Origin: Macrostomum hystrix
Lineage: Eukaryota > Animalia > Platyhelminthes
Length of the DNA stretch: 64,000 nucleotides
Assembly: GCA_950097015.1 (NCBI GenBank)
Contig: CATNEN010000001.1
Location: 6,758,001 to 6,822,000, forward strand
Direction of reading: 5' to 3'
Shown here: piece by piece, positions 23,775 to 37,900 of the stretch
How positions within the stretch are numbered: position 1 is the stretch's first letter
How the letters are laid out: every line of letters starts with the position of its first letter
Position numbers and translations under genes: made by a program
Notes under the pieces: generated by a model
Databases searched by the model: none
Seen by the model: only the letters and a program-made list of their open reading frames with translations
Told to the model about the DNA's origin: nothing

Positions 23775-25070
23775 CAAAGTGTGGGGATTGTGAAATGTTA
23801 GGGATTCTAAAGTGTGGGGATTGTGAAATGTCGGGAATTCTAAAGTGTGGGGATTGTGAAATGTCAGGAATTCTAAAGTATGGGGATTGTGAAATGTCAG
23901 GAATTCTAAAGTGTGGGGATTGTGAAATGTCAGGAATTCTAAAGTGTGGGGATTGTGAAATGTCAGGAATTCTAAAGTATGGGGATTGTGAAATGTCAGG
24001 AATTCTAAAGTGTGGGGATTGTGAAATGTTAGGGATTCTAAAGTGTGGGGATTGTGAAATGTCAGGAATTCTAAAGTGTGGGGATTGTGAAATGTTAGGA
24101 ATTCTAAAGTGTGGGGATTGTGAAATGTCAGGAATTCTAAAGTGTAGGGATTGTGAAATGTTAGGGATTCTAAAGTGTGGGGATTGTGAAATGTCAGGAA
24201 TTCTAAAGTGTGGGGATTGTGAAATGTCAGGAATTCTAAAGTGTGGGGATTGTGAAATGTCAGGAATTCTAAAGTGTGGGGATTGTGAAATGTTAGGGAT
24301 GTGGGGATTGTGAAATGTCAGGAATTCTAAAGTGTGGGGATTGTGAAATGTTAGGGATTCTAAAGTGTGGGGATTGTGAAATGTCAGGAATTCTAAAGTG
24401 TGGGGATTGTGAAATGTTAGGGATTCTAAAGTGTGGGGATTGTGAAATGTCAGGAATTCTAAAGTGTGGGGATTGTGAAATGTTAGGGATTCTAAAGTGT
24501 GGGGATTGTGAAATGTCAGGAATTCTAAAGTGTGGGGATTGTGAAATGTTAGGGATTCTAAAGTGTGGGGATTGTGAAATGTTAGGGATTCTAAAGTGTG
24601 GGGATTGTGAAATGTTAGGGATTCTAAAGTGTGGGGATTGTGAAATGTTAGGAATTCTAAAGTGTGGGGATTGTGAAATATTAAGGATTCTAAAGTGTGG
24701 GGATTGTGAAATGTTAGGGATTCTAAAGTGTGGGGATTGTGAAATGTCAGGAATTCTAAAGTGTGGGGATTGTGAAATGTCAGGAATTCTAAAGTGTGGG
24801 GATTGTGAAATGTCAGGAATTCTAAAGTGTGGGGATTGTGAAATGTCAGGAATTCTAAAGTGTGGGGATTGTGAAATGTCAGGAATTCTAAAGTGTGGGG
24901 ATTGTGAAATGTTAGGAATTCTAAAGTGTGGGGATTGTGAAATGTCAGGAATTCTAAAGTGTGGGGATTGTGAAATGTCAGGAATTCTAAAGTGTGGGGA
25001 TTGTGAAATGTTAGGAATTCTAAAGTGTAGGGATTGTAAAATATTGGGATTCTAAAGTGTGGGGCTTGTA
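23775..25070. repeat. 33-bp intronic minisatellite (TGTGGGGATTGTGAAATGTCAGGAATTCTAAAG)
   Basis: About 39 units filling most of the 23705-25151 intron. Confidence 0.97.
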
Positions 25071-25151
25071 AGTCGCATTGTTGTGTGGTTAATAGAATGC
25101 GAGTGATGCAAATTTTCTCTAAAAAATATTAAATAATATTCACCCAATTAG

Positions 25152-25999
25152 GCGGTCTACCATGGCTAGGTTCTGAGGTGGACCTGATTCCGATCGCCAG
25201 CAACCCAGTCTCAGGCTCAGCCAGTAATATCGGCTGGCTTGTTAGCAAACAAGAGGCCCTGCTTCTAAACAATAACTATAGTCCAATTAAACGACTAAAG
25301 TTGATTTGTTCCAACTATGTAAAACCAGGCGCAGTATTAGCTAACGATGATGAGAAGCAGCAGCAGCATCATGACGGTATTGGGGGCGTTAAAATAGTCG
25401 GCTTGGAAGACAGCATAGCTTGGCTGTGCTGTCAGTGCTGTCGCATTCACTGCTGCCTGTCTACAGACTCAGCAGTGTCAGCACAGTCGGTTGGTGACAA
25501 TACCCTGGACCTAGTTCTAGCTACAGACGATGATACTGACAGTAATGACCCGCCTAATGGATGCTTACTACATTGCGAGTATCGACAAGCCGATGAATTG
25601 TTTCTTTGCCACATTTTGTCTGCCGATAGTAGAGAAATTATGTTACTAATCGCTTCTAGTACCGGTAGGTCTCGTCTGATTGGCCGGCTAAATTTGCCTA
25701 ACAATGGTCATTGGCGCGATATTGTCTGCCTAAGGCCTGGTCGACTTCTGGCCATAGACGACCGGTTTAAAGAGAGGGCAGTTGAAGCTGCATCTAGCCA
25801 GCCTGTTAACTGTAGTCTTCATCGATTAGATTATAGTTTCATTGGAGCTGGCACATGTACATCTGTTTGCCTCTCAAATAGTCCAGGCTGGCGTTTGGCT
25901 GCGCCGACTCGATTGCTAACCAACCGTTGCCCGTTTCAGCTCTGCTTGCTGCCAGGTTCTGCTGCGCACGGCAACGGACTCTGTCTGGTTATTGAGTAA
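25152..25999 (+). CDS. Exon 2 of the uncharacterised 581-aa protein
   Basis: CCAATTAG acceptor. G|GC joins in frame (..QLAG-GLPWLGSEVDLIP..) with ORF 25178-25999. TAA stop. Confidence 0.7.
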
Positions 26000-28150
26000 T
26001 TGTCTGGCTTATCATCAGGGCTTTAATTAAGTATTTGAAAAACTGCTTCTCTTTACATATAGCAAGTTAAGCTGGAAATAGTTTGATTTTAAAGCATGCC
26101 AGATATCATTTTGTTACAAATCTTCATGTTTTAGTACTGTATTACTTGATGTGTTACACGCTGCTCAAACATTTTGCATTTCCTTGCTGATTGTTTCATT
26201 GCATTTTTGCTTTCCGTCTGGGCTCTCGATGTTTAAGCTTTAATGATGTTGCTCAGGTAAATGCAATCTGTTTAATTTTAAAATTAAAACTTTCCTACTA
26301 TGTTATAAAAATACATAGAGTTAAATATGTTATAACTGTGGTTACACTCATTATATAATATTTTATTTTCGAAATGTATTTTTCATTTTTTGCAATTATT
26401 TAACTAGCTAAAGCAAGTTTTAGGCCTATTCGTTCGAGTTCGCAAAATGTTCATAAAACTGGCTCATTATTCACTATTCATTGCATTATTCACTCGTTAT
26501 CGATCAGAGTATCGATTCACTCGAAATCGATCAGAGTATATGATAAAAGTGTAATCAGTGAATCACCAATAAGAAGCTTCATTTGTACTATTTACTAATT
26601 TACAATATCAACTTGTTCACTTAACATATTGTCAAATTGGAAAGTAAATGATTTGAAAGGAACTATTTAATGTCTTTTTTCGCGGTAAAGACTTACATAG
26701 ACGACGTAGCCGTAAAACTATAATAAGTAGAAGTGGAAGGCAATTAAATGTTGCCTTACGTAGCTCAATAGAAAAAAAATGCGAACACGAGACAACTTAT
26801 TCATAATACGCTAATCTGCTCCGGAATAAATAAAATGAAATTTTGCATTATCGTGACAAATATAACAAATAATAAATCACAATGTTTTTTAAAAGCTTGA
26901 AAAATGCAGCCTACAAATTTTTTTTATTAATTGTTGTTTATACAGCAGCATGACAACATATGGCTTATATTTGCAATTTTCTAAATGCTTCATTGGATTA
27001 ACCGCGGTCTCACCGTGGTCGACGCATGGCAATTCCATGGATATGCCGATTCGAAGCATCGCAAGCGTCACTGTATAGTATTGACATTTTACATATATAT
27101 ATTCTAAATCAATCGATTAAAAGGATACGAAAAGTGGGAATGTTACTAGATTTTATTTTCCTTCAATCGTTGTGGACTGTTTTGAATCACAATTCTGTAG
27201 TTTTGAAAACAACATCATGTCACTGACTATACTAATATTAAAGACAAAGTTATTTCATAAGATGCTATATATCCTCACCAAAATATTCTAGTGTTCGTCT
27301 GCCTATAATTCCTTATTTATTTTTCAAGTCTGCACAATATTTAAGAAACTTATTATTTGGGTGTGGTGCTAAAATTGCCTTTTAATAACTTTATAAAACT
27401 TTTCAGTACTGGATAATGACTACCTTAACATTTTTTACAATAGCTTAAGAATAATTTTAAACAGCTGTGTTAGAATTAAATTGTTGTTCTTTCACAACCA
27501 TTCCATGTTTCTTTTATCAAGCCAGACAAAAAGTAGAAAAGAAAGCAGCACATCTGAGATGCAAGCAAGACAATCTGAGACTCCACTTGATGTTCAATAT
27601 TTATTACTAGCTATTGCTAACATGTATTTTAATTAGCCCTTCTAGTACCATTGCCATAATAATAAGTGACATAATAAAGTTTTAAATGTTCAATGAAAGC
27701 CATAGTATTTTAAGTGCAAACATTTGTTTTTGCTCAATATAATTAAAAGTAAACTGAAATAAATAATTTCTGGAGTGATTACCACTTTAAATGCAAAAAA
27801 CTTTTATATAATTTTTATATGATTTATATATATTTTTATATGATTCTTATATGATTTTATATAATTTTTATATGATTTTTATATGATTTTTATATTATTT
27901 TATATTATATTAGTTTAAAAATGTTGTGTTCTTATTTCATAAAACTTATCCACTCACATTTCAGTGCAACTTAAACTTAAGCTAAGTTTATATTGCTTGT
28001 GCAACAATGCAACTTGCAAATGACAAATTTTAACAAAGAATTCAAATAAGCAAATTCAGCTATGATGTTTGTTGACAGAATAGTAATTATCTTTCAAAAT
28101 GTTTGCTAAATACTACTTACCGGTGAATACTACTACGTCAAGTAGTAAGC

Positions 28151-28918
28151 ATGGCAGGCGTCACAATGGTAAATGTAAACAGTGGCGCAACAGCGAACCT
28201 GTCAAACGGGCCGATAGACTTTCTGACAGAGTTTCGTTCAACCAATCCCGAAGGAACGAGCGAAGATTTTGTTATATTCCTGCGCAAAAGAATAGGCAAA
28301 CAGAATCTAACGCTGTGCTTCACTGCCGATGGCTGGAAGCGACTATTGCAGCTGGAATCCTCGCCTCTGCTAGATCTGTTTGCCAGACTCTACCCAGATT
28401 TCAGAGACTACAAACTGGACATGCTTATGGAGCATTGGCATCGGATAAACCTCCTAGCTGGTACGGATTGGCATTCAACAATAGTTGCACAGTTTGTAGA
28501 TAATCTCAACACTTATTTCATGAGACACCCGGATCATAAATGCGTCCAACCAATCAAAGAGAGCGATGTGCACTTTCTATACAGGCGATTCGGAATAGTG
28601 CCTAGTAGAATAAACTTTCACCAGACCGCTAAACTCATGATTACCTGCATTGAATGGGTCAGCTTAACATTTAACTGTCTATTTGAACGTTTTGCGTCGC
28701 CAGGCTCGATACTACAGTTCAGAACTTGTCGATTGTGCTTTATCAATTCGCCAGTGTTTTTAGCTGAGCTACACACAGTTTGCCCGCTAACCGAAAAGAG
28801 AATGCTGCCCCATCAGATACTGGTGTGTGATTCCTGCTCACATTTCATTAGGCACACCCTGCTTTGCTGTCCCTGTTGCTATAGAAAGATTGTTAAAGTG
28901 AAGCAGCAAAATGCCTGA
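28151..28918 (+). CDS. Intronless 255-aa protein with a C-terminal RING-like zinc finger
   Basis: Non-repetitive ORF in an AGCATGG context. CRLC...C....H..VCDSC......CCPCCYRKI resembles IAP/MDM2-type C-terminal RING spacing. AATAAA ~55 nt after the stop. Confidence 0.65.
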   Translation: MAGVTMVNVNSGATANLSNGPIDFLTEFRSTNPEGTSEDFVIFLRKRIGKQNLTLCFTADGWKRLLQLESSPLLDLFARLYPDFRDYKLDMLMEHWHRINLLAGTDWHSTIVAQFVDNLNTYFMRHPDHKCVQPIKESDVHFLYRRFGIVPSRINFHQTAKLMITCIEWVSLTFNCLFERFASPGSILQFRTCRLCFINSPVFLAELHTVCPLTEKRMLPHQILVCDSCSHFIRHTLLCCPCCYRKIVKVKQQNA

Positions 28919-29042
28919 CTTGACTTGGCGGGCACTTTTTTAGTATACAATTTTATTTGTTAGTCTTTTTAAAATAAAAAATAGGCACTTTCTAATTGTC
29001 ATCCTCTTTGAAATTTTCACTTAACTTATCGACGGGGTGCAC

Positions 29043-29483
29043 CAGTGGCGTATCTAGGGGGGGGGATACGGGGATATATCCCCCCATTTCGCCGAACGAA
29101 GAGTGTCACCAACCCACGAAAAGTCGAAGACGAACGTTATGGCGGAATGTCATAGTCGTAATGTCGTTATTCGGCACAATGATGTTCTGAATCTGAATCT
29201 GAACTATCTCTGTCTCGTCTCGTCTGCGTCTCGCCGTCTCGTCTCTCGCCTGGACTCTGACGTGAGTCATGACGGTGACGTCTCTGATGACTCTGACTCT
29301 GACTCTCTGACTCTCGAAACTCAGGATAACAAAGTAATTAAAAAGGTAGCGAAATGGTTGTCTGCAAATGGACTTCAAAAAATTATTTCCGTTTTTTAGC
29401 AGCAGCAGCATGCGACTCATTTTCTCTGATAGTTAAAACAGCAAATTTATCCCCCCCATTTTAAAATCCTAGATACGCCACTG
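29043..29483. mobile_element. hAT-type MITE (441 bp)
   Basis: Perfect TIR CAGTGGCGTATCTAGG / CCTAGATACGCCACTG. Perfect 8-bp TSD GGGTGCAC (29035-29042, 29484-29491). Confidence 0.92.
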
Positions 29484-29966
29484 GGGTGCACAGTTGGCTG
29501 TACTCTCGGAAATTTTTAATAGCAAAAGTTTTCGTTTTCGTCTTTGTGTTTTTGTACAGTTATTAAACATTATTCAATTTTTTCTTTAATATTATCCATT
29601 TTAAAATCATCTAATAGGATTTCAACGATTTAATATAGTGAACGTCGAAAGATAATGAAAGTTCTCTTCCTCGTACTCACATAGCCATTTATCATTACTT
29701 TCTTTAGATATGATTTCTCAATATGAGTGTATGTTGTCTTTAGCCATTATATTAAATAGTTCAATTATTAACCTTTTTTGCCAACGTTGAAAAGAAAGGC
29801 ACTGATTGTTCAACAGCCTCCGATTGTATTTGCTGTGTCGACGAAAGAGTTTAAAATACAAAAAGCGATAATGCCGCACCACAGATTTAATCGGATATCG
29901 TCAAGACTATACAACTTTCTCCTAAATAAGACTTATTCTGTAATAATCGTACTCTAGTAATCAAAA

Positions 29967-31100
29967 CTCATCTATCCACCGTCTCATCTCTCCCCTGTCT
30001 CGTCACTTCCATGTCTTATCTATCCACCGTCTCATCTATCTTCCGTCTCATCTCTCCCCTGTCTCGTCTCTTCCATGTCTTATCTATCCACCGTCTAATC
30101 TCTCCCCTGTCTCGTCTCTTCCATGTCTTATCTATCAACCGTCTCATCTCTCCCCTGTCTCGTCTCTTCCATGTCTTATCTATCCACCGTCTCATCTATC
30201 CACTGTCTCATCTCTCCCCTGTCTCGTCTCTTCCATGTCTTATCTATCCACCGTCTCATTTATCCACCGTCTCATCTATCCACCGTATCATCTCTCCCCT
30301 GTCTCTTCTCTTCCATGTCTTATCTATCCACCGTCTCATCTCTCCCCTGTCTCGTCTCTTCCATGTCTATTCTCTCCCCTGTCTCGTCTCTTCCATGTCT
30401 TATCTATCCACCGTCTCATCTATCCACCGTCTCATCTCTCCCCTGTCTCGTCTCTTCCATGTCTTATCTATCCACCGTCTCATCTCTCCCCTGTCTCGTC
30501 TCTTCCATGTCTTATCTATCCACTGTCTCATCTATCCACTGTCTCATCTCTCCCCTGTCTCGTCTCTTCCATGTCTTATCTATCCACCGTCTCATTTATC
30601 CACCGTCTCATCTCTCCCCTGTCTCGTCTCTTCCATGTCTATTCTCTCCCCTGTCTCGTCTCTTCCATGTCTTATCTATCCACCGTCTCATCTATCCACC
30701 GTCTCATCTCTCCCCTGTCTCGTCTCTTCCATGTCTTATCTATCCACCGTCTCATCTATCCACCTTCTCATCTCTCCCCTGTCTCTTCTCTTCCATGTCT
30801 TATCTATCCACCGTCTCATCTCTCCCCTGTCTCTTCTCTTCCATGTCTTATCTATCCACCGTCTCATCTCTCCCCTGTCTCGTCTCTTCCATGTCTATTC
30901 TCTCCCCTGTCTCGTCTCTTCCATGTCTTATCTATCCACCGTCTCATCTCTCCCCCGTCTCATCTCTCGCCTGTCTAATCTCTCCCCTGTCTCGTCTCTT
31001 CCATGTCTTATCTATCCACCGTCTCATTTATCCACTGTCTCATCTCTCCCCTGTTTAATCTCTCCCCTGTTTAATCTCTCCCCTGTCTAATCTTTCCACC
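29967..31100. repeat. 16-bp minisatellite with several monomer types (TCTCATCTATCCACCG / TCTCATCTCTCCCCTG / TCTCGTCTCTTCCATG)
   Basis: Tandem units in 48-bp and longer higher-order patterns. Confidence 0.95.
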
Positions 31101-31677
31101 GTTCTGTCTTTCTGTTGTCTCATTTTCCTCCCTTATTTTTGCCAGTCTTAACTTTAGAAAAAGCCTAGATTTATACTTAAAGTAGTTAGAAATGCGAATT
31201 ACTTTCTTAATTTAAAATGGCAGAGTTTAGAAATGTTTTATTTAATCAGGATTCAGGATGGAAAAGTAGTGAACTTCAGTCTCCAGTGTTGTAAAAGTAA
31301 ATTTTAAAAACACTTTCTCTATACAACATATCCGGTTTTAGATCTAAAAAAGCAACTGATTTTCAATTTGAATACACTAAACTCATTCAGATTATTTACA
31401 ACTCACTGGTGTCACATAACAACGTCAACTAAACATTCTTAAACAAAGAAAAAACTAAACTCAGTAGCAGGAGCAACAGTGACACGAACGACTGATAGGC
31501 CGACGGTCCCTGAGGACGAATCTGTTTAAAGGTTTCATTTTTTTGGAGCAAAGAAATTTTTGGCTATAAACCGCAAACTGCTTGTTTAGACAAAAATAGG
31601 GTACAAAGTACTGAGGAATAAAAGTGCTTTTCTAATTCCCCGTCCATTCACAGTTCAGTTTTGTGAAAGTTCAATAC

Positions 31678-33930
31678 TTGACAGTTCACTACTGTGACAG
31701 TTCACTACTGAGACAGTTCACTACTGTGACAGTTCACTACTGTGACAGTTCACTATTGTGACAGTTCACTACTGTGACAGTTCACTACTGTGACAGTTCA
31801 CTACTGAGACAGTTCACTACTGTGACAGTTCACTACTGAGACAGTTCACTACTGAGACAGTTCACTACTGTGACAGTTCACTACTGTGACAGTTCACTAC
31901 TGTGACAGTTCACTACTGAGACAGTTCACTATTGTGACAGTTCACTACTGAGACAGTTCACTACTGAGACAGTTCACTACTGAGACAGTTCACTACTGTG
32001 ACAGTTCACTACTGAGACAGTTCACTACTGTGACAGTTCACTACTGTGACAGTTCACTACTGAGACAGTTCACTACTGTGACAGTTCACTACTGTGACAG
32101 TTCACTACTGAGACAGTTCACTACTGTGACAGTTCACTACTGAGACAGTTCACTACTGTGACACTTCACTATTGTGACAGTTCACTACTGAGACAGTTCA
32201 CTACTGAGACAGTTCACTACTGTGACAGTTCACTACTGTGACAGTTCACTACTGTGACAGTTCACTACTGTGACAGTTCACTACTGAGACAGTTCACTAC
32301 TGTGACAGTTCACTACTGTGACAGTTCACTACTGTGACAGTTCACTACTGTGACAGTTCACTACTGTGACAGTTCACTACTGAGACAGTTCACTACTGTG
32401 ACAGTTCACTACTGTGACAGTTCACTACTGAGACAGTTCACTACTGAGACAGTTCACTACTGTGACAGTTCACTACTGAGACAGTTCACTACTGAGACAG
32501 TTCACTACTGAGACAGTTCACTACTGAGACAGTTCACTACTGAGACAGTTCACTACTGTGACAGTTCACTACTGTGACAGTTCACTACTGTGACAGTTCA
32601 CTACTGTGACAGTTCACTACTGAGACAGTTCACTACTGTGACAGTTCACTACTGAGACAGTTCACTACTGAGACAGTTCACTATTGTGACAGTTCACTAC
32701 TGAGACAGTTCACTACTGTGACAGTTCACTACTGAGACAGTTCACTACTGAGACAGTTCACTACTGAGACAGTTCACTACTGTGACAGTTCACTACTGAG
32801 ACAGTTCACTACTGTGACAGTTCACTACTGAGACAGTTCACTATACTGTGAAAGTTCACTACTGTGACAGTTCACTACTGTGACAGTTCACTACTGAGAC
32901 AGTTCACTATACTGTGAAAGTTCACTACTGAGACAGTTCACTACTGTGACAGTTCACTACTGAGACAGTTCACTACTGAGACAGTTCACTACTGTGACAG
33001 TTCACTACTGAGACAGTTCACTACTGAGACAGTTCACTACTGTGACAGTTCACTATTGTGACAGTTCACTACTGTGACAGTTCACTACTGAGACAGTTCA
33101 CTACTGAGACAGTTCACTACTGAGACAGTTCATTACTGAGACAGTTCACTATTGTGACAGTTCACTACTGTGACAGTTCACTACTGAGACAGTTCACTAC
33201 TGAGACAGTTCACTACTGAGACAGTTCACTACTGTGACAGTTCTGTACTGTGACAGTTCACTACTGTGACAGTTACCTACTGAGACAGTTCACTATACTG
33301 TGAAAGTTCACTACTGTGACAGTTCACTACTGAGACAGTTCACTACTGAGACAGTTCACTACTGTGACAGTTCATTACTGAGACAGTTCACTACTGAGAC
33401 AGTTCACTACTGAGACAGTTCATTACTGAGACAGTTCACTATACTGTGAAAGTTCACTACTGTGAAAGTTCACTACTGTGACAGTTCACTACTGTGACAG
33501 TTCACTACTGTGACAGTTCACTACTGTGACAGTTCACTACTGAGACAGTTCACTTCTGAGACAGTTCACTACTGTGACAGTTCACTACTGTGACAGTTCA
33601 CTACTGTGACAGTTCACTACTGAGACAGTTCACTACTGTGACAGTTCACTACTGAGACAGTTCACTATACTGTGAAAGTTCACTACTGTGACAGTTCACT
33701 ACTGTGACAGTTCACTACTGAGACAGTTCACTATACTGTGAAAGTTCACTACTGTGAAAGTTCACTACTGTGACAGTTCACTACTGTGACAGTTCACTAC
33801 TGTGACAGTTCACTACTGTGACAGTTCACTAATGAGACAGTTCACTTCTGAGACAGTTCACTGCTGAGACAGTTCACTACTGAGACAGTTCACTGCTGAG
33901 ACAGTTCACTACTGAGACAGTTCAGTATTG
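31678..33930. repeat. 16-bp minisatellite ACAGTTCACTACTG(T/A)G
   Basis: About 140 units with two main variants. Confidence 0.97.
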
Positions 33931-34514
33931 TGATAGTGCACTAGATAGTGTCTGTATAGAATTGCGAGCCTAAATTTAAATCAAAAGTTTTTCAAAACGA
34001 AATAAACGGACAAATTTGTTCGCATTCTCCAATTTCTGCAGGTTTGTCTCGATTAATCTCAGAATTTTTTCTTAAAAGTAGCTCACAAAATAGATTTTTC
34101 TTAAATAGAACTAGAATATTCTGTGCTCTCTCTGCTTCCTATAGCTATATCATGCAAATTGAGGGTTTGAATCAGACAGCACAATGTTTGCCTTGAACAC
34201 AGCGTGGAAGAGGTCTTGCAAAATATCAAGATTCAGGAGAGCGGGAAAAAACCTCAGGAATCCAGGAAACGACAGCCGGTCCGCATGACCGGACACCCAC
34301 AATGCCACGGTGCGGGCAGGCCGCACATGCCGCTGTTAATCTCTGCATGCGAATCTAGAATTTTTTTTCCCGAAATTCTTCCTACTCTTTTCTGTCGGAG
34401 ATCATTTTACAGTTCATTTTTGGTCGTATATAATAGTAGGACAGCTTTAGTGAGTAGGCTAATGATGTATAAAAACATTTCTCTCGCATTCTTTCCCCAT
34501 GTCCTACCTCACCC

Positions 34515-34960
34515 CGTCTCATCTCTCCCGTGTCTCATCTCTCCCGTGTCTCATCTGTCTCCTGTGTCTCATCTCTCTCCAGTGTCTCTCCCGTGTGTCA
34601 TCTCTGCCGTAACTTATCTCTCCCGTGTCTCATCTCTCCCATGTCGCATCTCTCCCGTGTCTCATCTCTCTCCCGTGTCTCATCTGTCTCCAGTGTCTCA
34701 TCTCTCCCGTGTGTCATCTCTGCCGTATCTTATCTCTCCCGTGTCTCATCTCTCCCGTGTCTCATCTCTCTTTTGTCTCATCTCTCCCGTGTCTCATCTC
34801 TCCCGTGTCTTATCTTTCTTCCGTGTCTCATCTCTCTCCCGTGTCGCATCTCTCTCCCGTGTCTCATCTCTCTCCCGTGTCGCATCTCTCCCGTGTCTCA
34901 TATCTCCTGTGTCTTATCTCTAATCTCTAATCTCTCACCCGTCTAATCTCTCTCTGTCTT
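34515..34960. repeat. Degenerate 16/18-bp TCTCCCGTGTCTCATC-family minisatellite
   Basis: Tandem units. Confidence 0.9.
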
Positions 34961-37900
34961 GTCTTCCCAGTGTTTTGCATGTCCCAAGTTTTACTATAGT
35001 TCGTCATTTCCTTGAACATCTTAGAGATCATTTCACGATATACGGTCGAAAAAAATAACAATTTTTCGTCTGAAATCTATTCAAGTAAAAAATGAGGAAG
35101 TCATTTTGCTTTTAACTTCTGATCCTTTTTACGCGAACGAGCCATACATTCAAATATATTAAACAAGATTTTTGCCTCCGAAGCAAATAATTTGCTTAAT
35201 CATTCGAGGCTTTAAATAATTATGAATTTTTTCAAAGTAATGAAGATTGCTGACAAAAATCTTGTGAACCGCACTTAGATTTTTTAATTTCCGTTCATTT
35301 TTTTCTCGATTAAATGTCTAAATTTAGCATTACCTTTAGTCATCTGATTTTAATCTTAATCCTTTGGGCAGTCGTCGGTTGAAATGATTAGTTCTTGCCA
35401 TGGCTCTCAAACCTATACTTCGTCTCGTCTTATTGCCTAGGATATTTCATATCTCAATAATATCATATTTTGTCTTTTTGTGCTTTTTTCATTTCTTTAG
35501 ATATTTTACAAGTAAATTTCTCAAACGAATTAAATAAGGACCTAACAAATTTCAAAACGATAAAGGTACATTTTTGGTACAACAGAACAGTATTATTGTA
35601 TTTGTTCAGTAATCGAGTCTTAATAATGAATTTATGAAAAACGGAAACTATACTTTTATTCCTCAATCATTACAAAAAGATATTTTTTCTTTAAACAAAC
35701 GATTCACGAGAGATAAAAACACAGCTAGAATTTAGTTTTTCTGATTATTTAGCTCGTTAACAGGCGAAAAAAAACAATAAAGCGAATATACAATCTTTCC
35801 AGCGAATTTGCTAAACAATATGACTCACTTTACAACAAATCACATGTAATATTGCATAGTATCGTTGTTGGTCAATAAAATGTAAAATTCATTCGTTCAA
35901 GAAACACAGAGGGACACGCGTGTAAAGCAAAGTAGTGCTTTTTAAAACCAAAAACTATTTTATGACTTAAGGGAATACAAAAATGTAAACCAAGCAAAGC
36001 GTTAGCAATAAAACAGACTGTATTTCACAGGTATTTGTGAAAGTTGTTGAAATCGTCTGGTAATGCGTATATAAAATAGATCACGCTCAAATTTATATAA
36101 TTTAAGTTTGAATTTTTTCTTCAGACGTTTTACGTATATCATATTATTACTGTCAAAATTTACAATTCTTGAAAACTTTCAATCATTTTTAGCAACTTAT
36201 GTGTTTAATCAGTGCATATCAGGGCGCATTTTGTTGTGTTTAAATTCGTCTTCAGTATTTTTCTAATAACCTAATTGTATTTTTATAAGATGCACTGTAA
36301 TTCACAGATATCAGTAATCGATGAGCCTATCAGCTTTTTCTTATTAATTCCATGTGTCATGGAAATAATTATGTGATTGAAAGCTCTAGACTGAACTTTT
36401 TTACGCGAAAAATTAGCAAGCGGGAAAAAATCAAAGCATTTAGTAACATTTAAAATACAAACCACATTTCACATATTTGTTTGAAGTAAGACATCGCGGT
36501 AATTAAATGAAAAAATTTAAGATATTATTAAAATAAATCTGATATATGGCATCGAAATTTAAACATGAACGTTTTATTACAATTTAAAAATTGTTTTAAG
36601 CCAGAGATTCGGACAAAAAGTAAAATTTTGAAGGTAAACTTACAGTTAAAAATTTAATTTTCCTTTTATACGAACACGGACAAAGACCCGCAGATTTAAA
36701 AGTACACTAGTATTTTAGCGCATCTCAATAAAAACCTTCGCTTCTTCGCCAAATTCGCTGAACAAAAAGAAAGTATTTATTAACTTTCTGAGTTATTTTG
36801 TTTGTACTCGTAGTAACAATGGCAAGACTGCAGATGTAGTACAAAAATATTAATTTGCAAATATTTTCAGTTAGTAATGAAAATTCACATTGACTATAAA
36901 AACTTTAATCAGATAATATTTATTTTTGTTTGTTGCATACGTATACGAAAAAAGCTAATAAAATAAAAGAACACACATTTATAGAACAAGCACAAAAATA
37001 TCATGGTGAAATTGCTAGTTCTCACGCAGAAGAAACTCGAAGCGGATGCTGTGCCGCAGTTTTGCTTCGTTTTGCTTTCCTTATGCTTACGATGATGACG
37101 TCTGAAAGAAAACCGTTTAAATGCTCTATTGATGATGTTTGATAAACGATTAAACTTTCTCGGTGTTGTGATTTCGCGGCGTTGATTAAAGTTATTCTTA
37201 TCTGACGTCTATCTTAGTTGGATTTTTGGCGAGCATGATAAACATATTATTTACCTAATTCTCTTTTTGCCTTCGAGATCGTCTTTGAAGTCATGACAAA
37301 ACGAAAGTCTTAGCAAAGTTCAGTCCAATCACGCTTATATCTTTTGAAGTTCAAAAGATAATTAAAACTGTTCGAGCGAGGCCATTTTACATGATGATAT
37401 TAGCAAAAAAATATGTTTTTCAAAGCCTGCATGGTTTCCGCAAGATGAAGCTACTCATCTGGCTACTCATTGTATTACCTTTCAAACTTTTTAATCCGAT
37501 ATTCGTTAAGAAACAACTTTTTTTCTTTTAGCTTTTAGTGTGTCCCGATCACTGATTCGCAATAGCGGACGCTAGCTGAATTGGCAGGCCCAGTGCTTTA
37601 GCTACGGGAGTTCGAATCTCAACCCAATTAAGGGGTAAACTATTAGCATATCATCCACAAGAAAGACACAAATTAAGTATCATGGACTGAACATTGCCGC
37701 CTGTAGTACACATCCTTTACAAGCGCTGCACAATGACTAGTTGAAAAGCAGCCTAACATAGATAACAACATCTAACGGTATTAGCGCCTTTTGCCAAAGA
37801 TAACTTTGTTTTAACTTTGATAAAAGTGCTATCGGCACTTCTGTAATTGATTCGTCTGATCTGAAAACTGTTTTAAAGCTTAGACAAAGGACAGGCACTG

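Noticed and set aside
23744-25055. CxxC-repeat 'metal-binding' ORFs (CGDCEMSGILK)n
   Set aside because: They lie inside a GT-AG intron whose removal joins the flanking exons in frame. A stop-free 33-bp unit explains the ORFs.
37567-37625. tRNA-like A box (TAGCTGAATTGG) and B box (GAGTTCGAATCTC)
   Set aside because: No cloverleaf or acceptor stem. At most a degenerate SINE head, with no second copy to confirm it.
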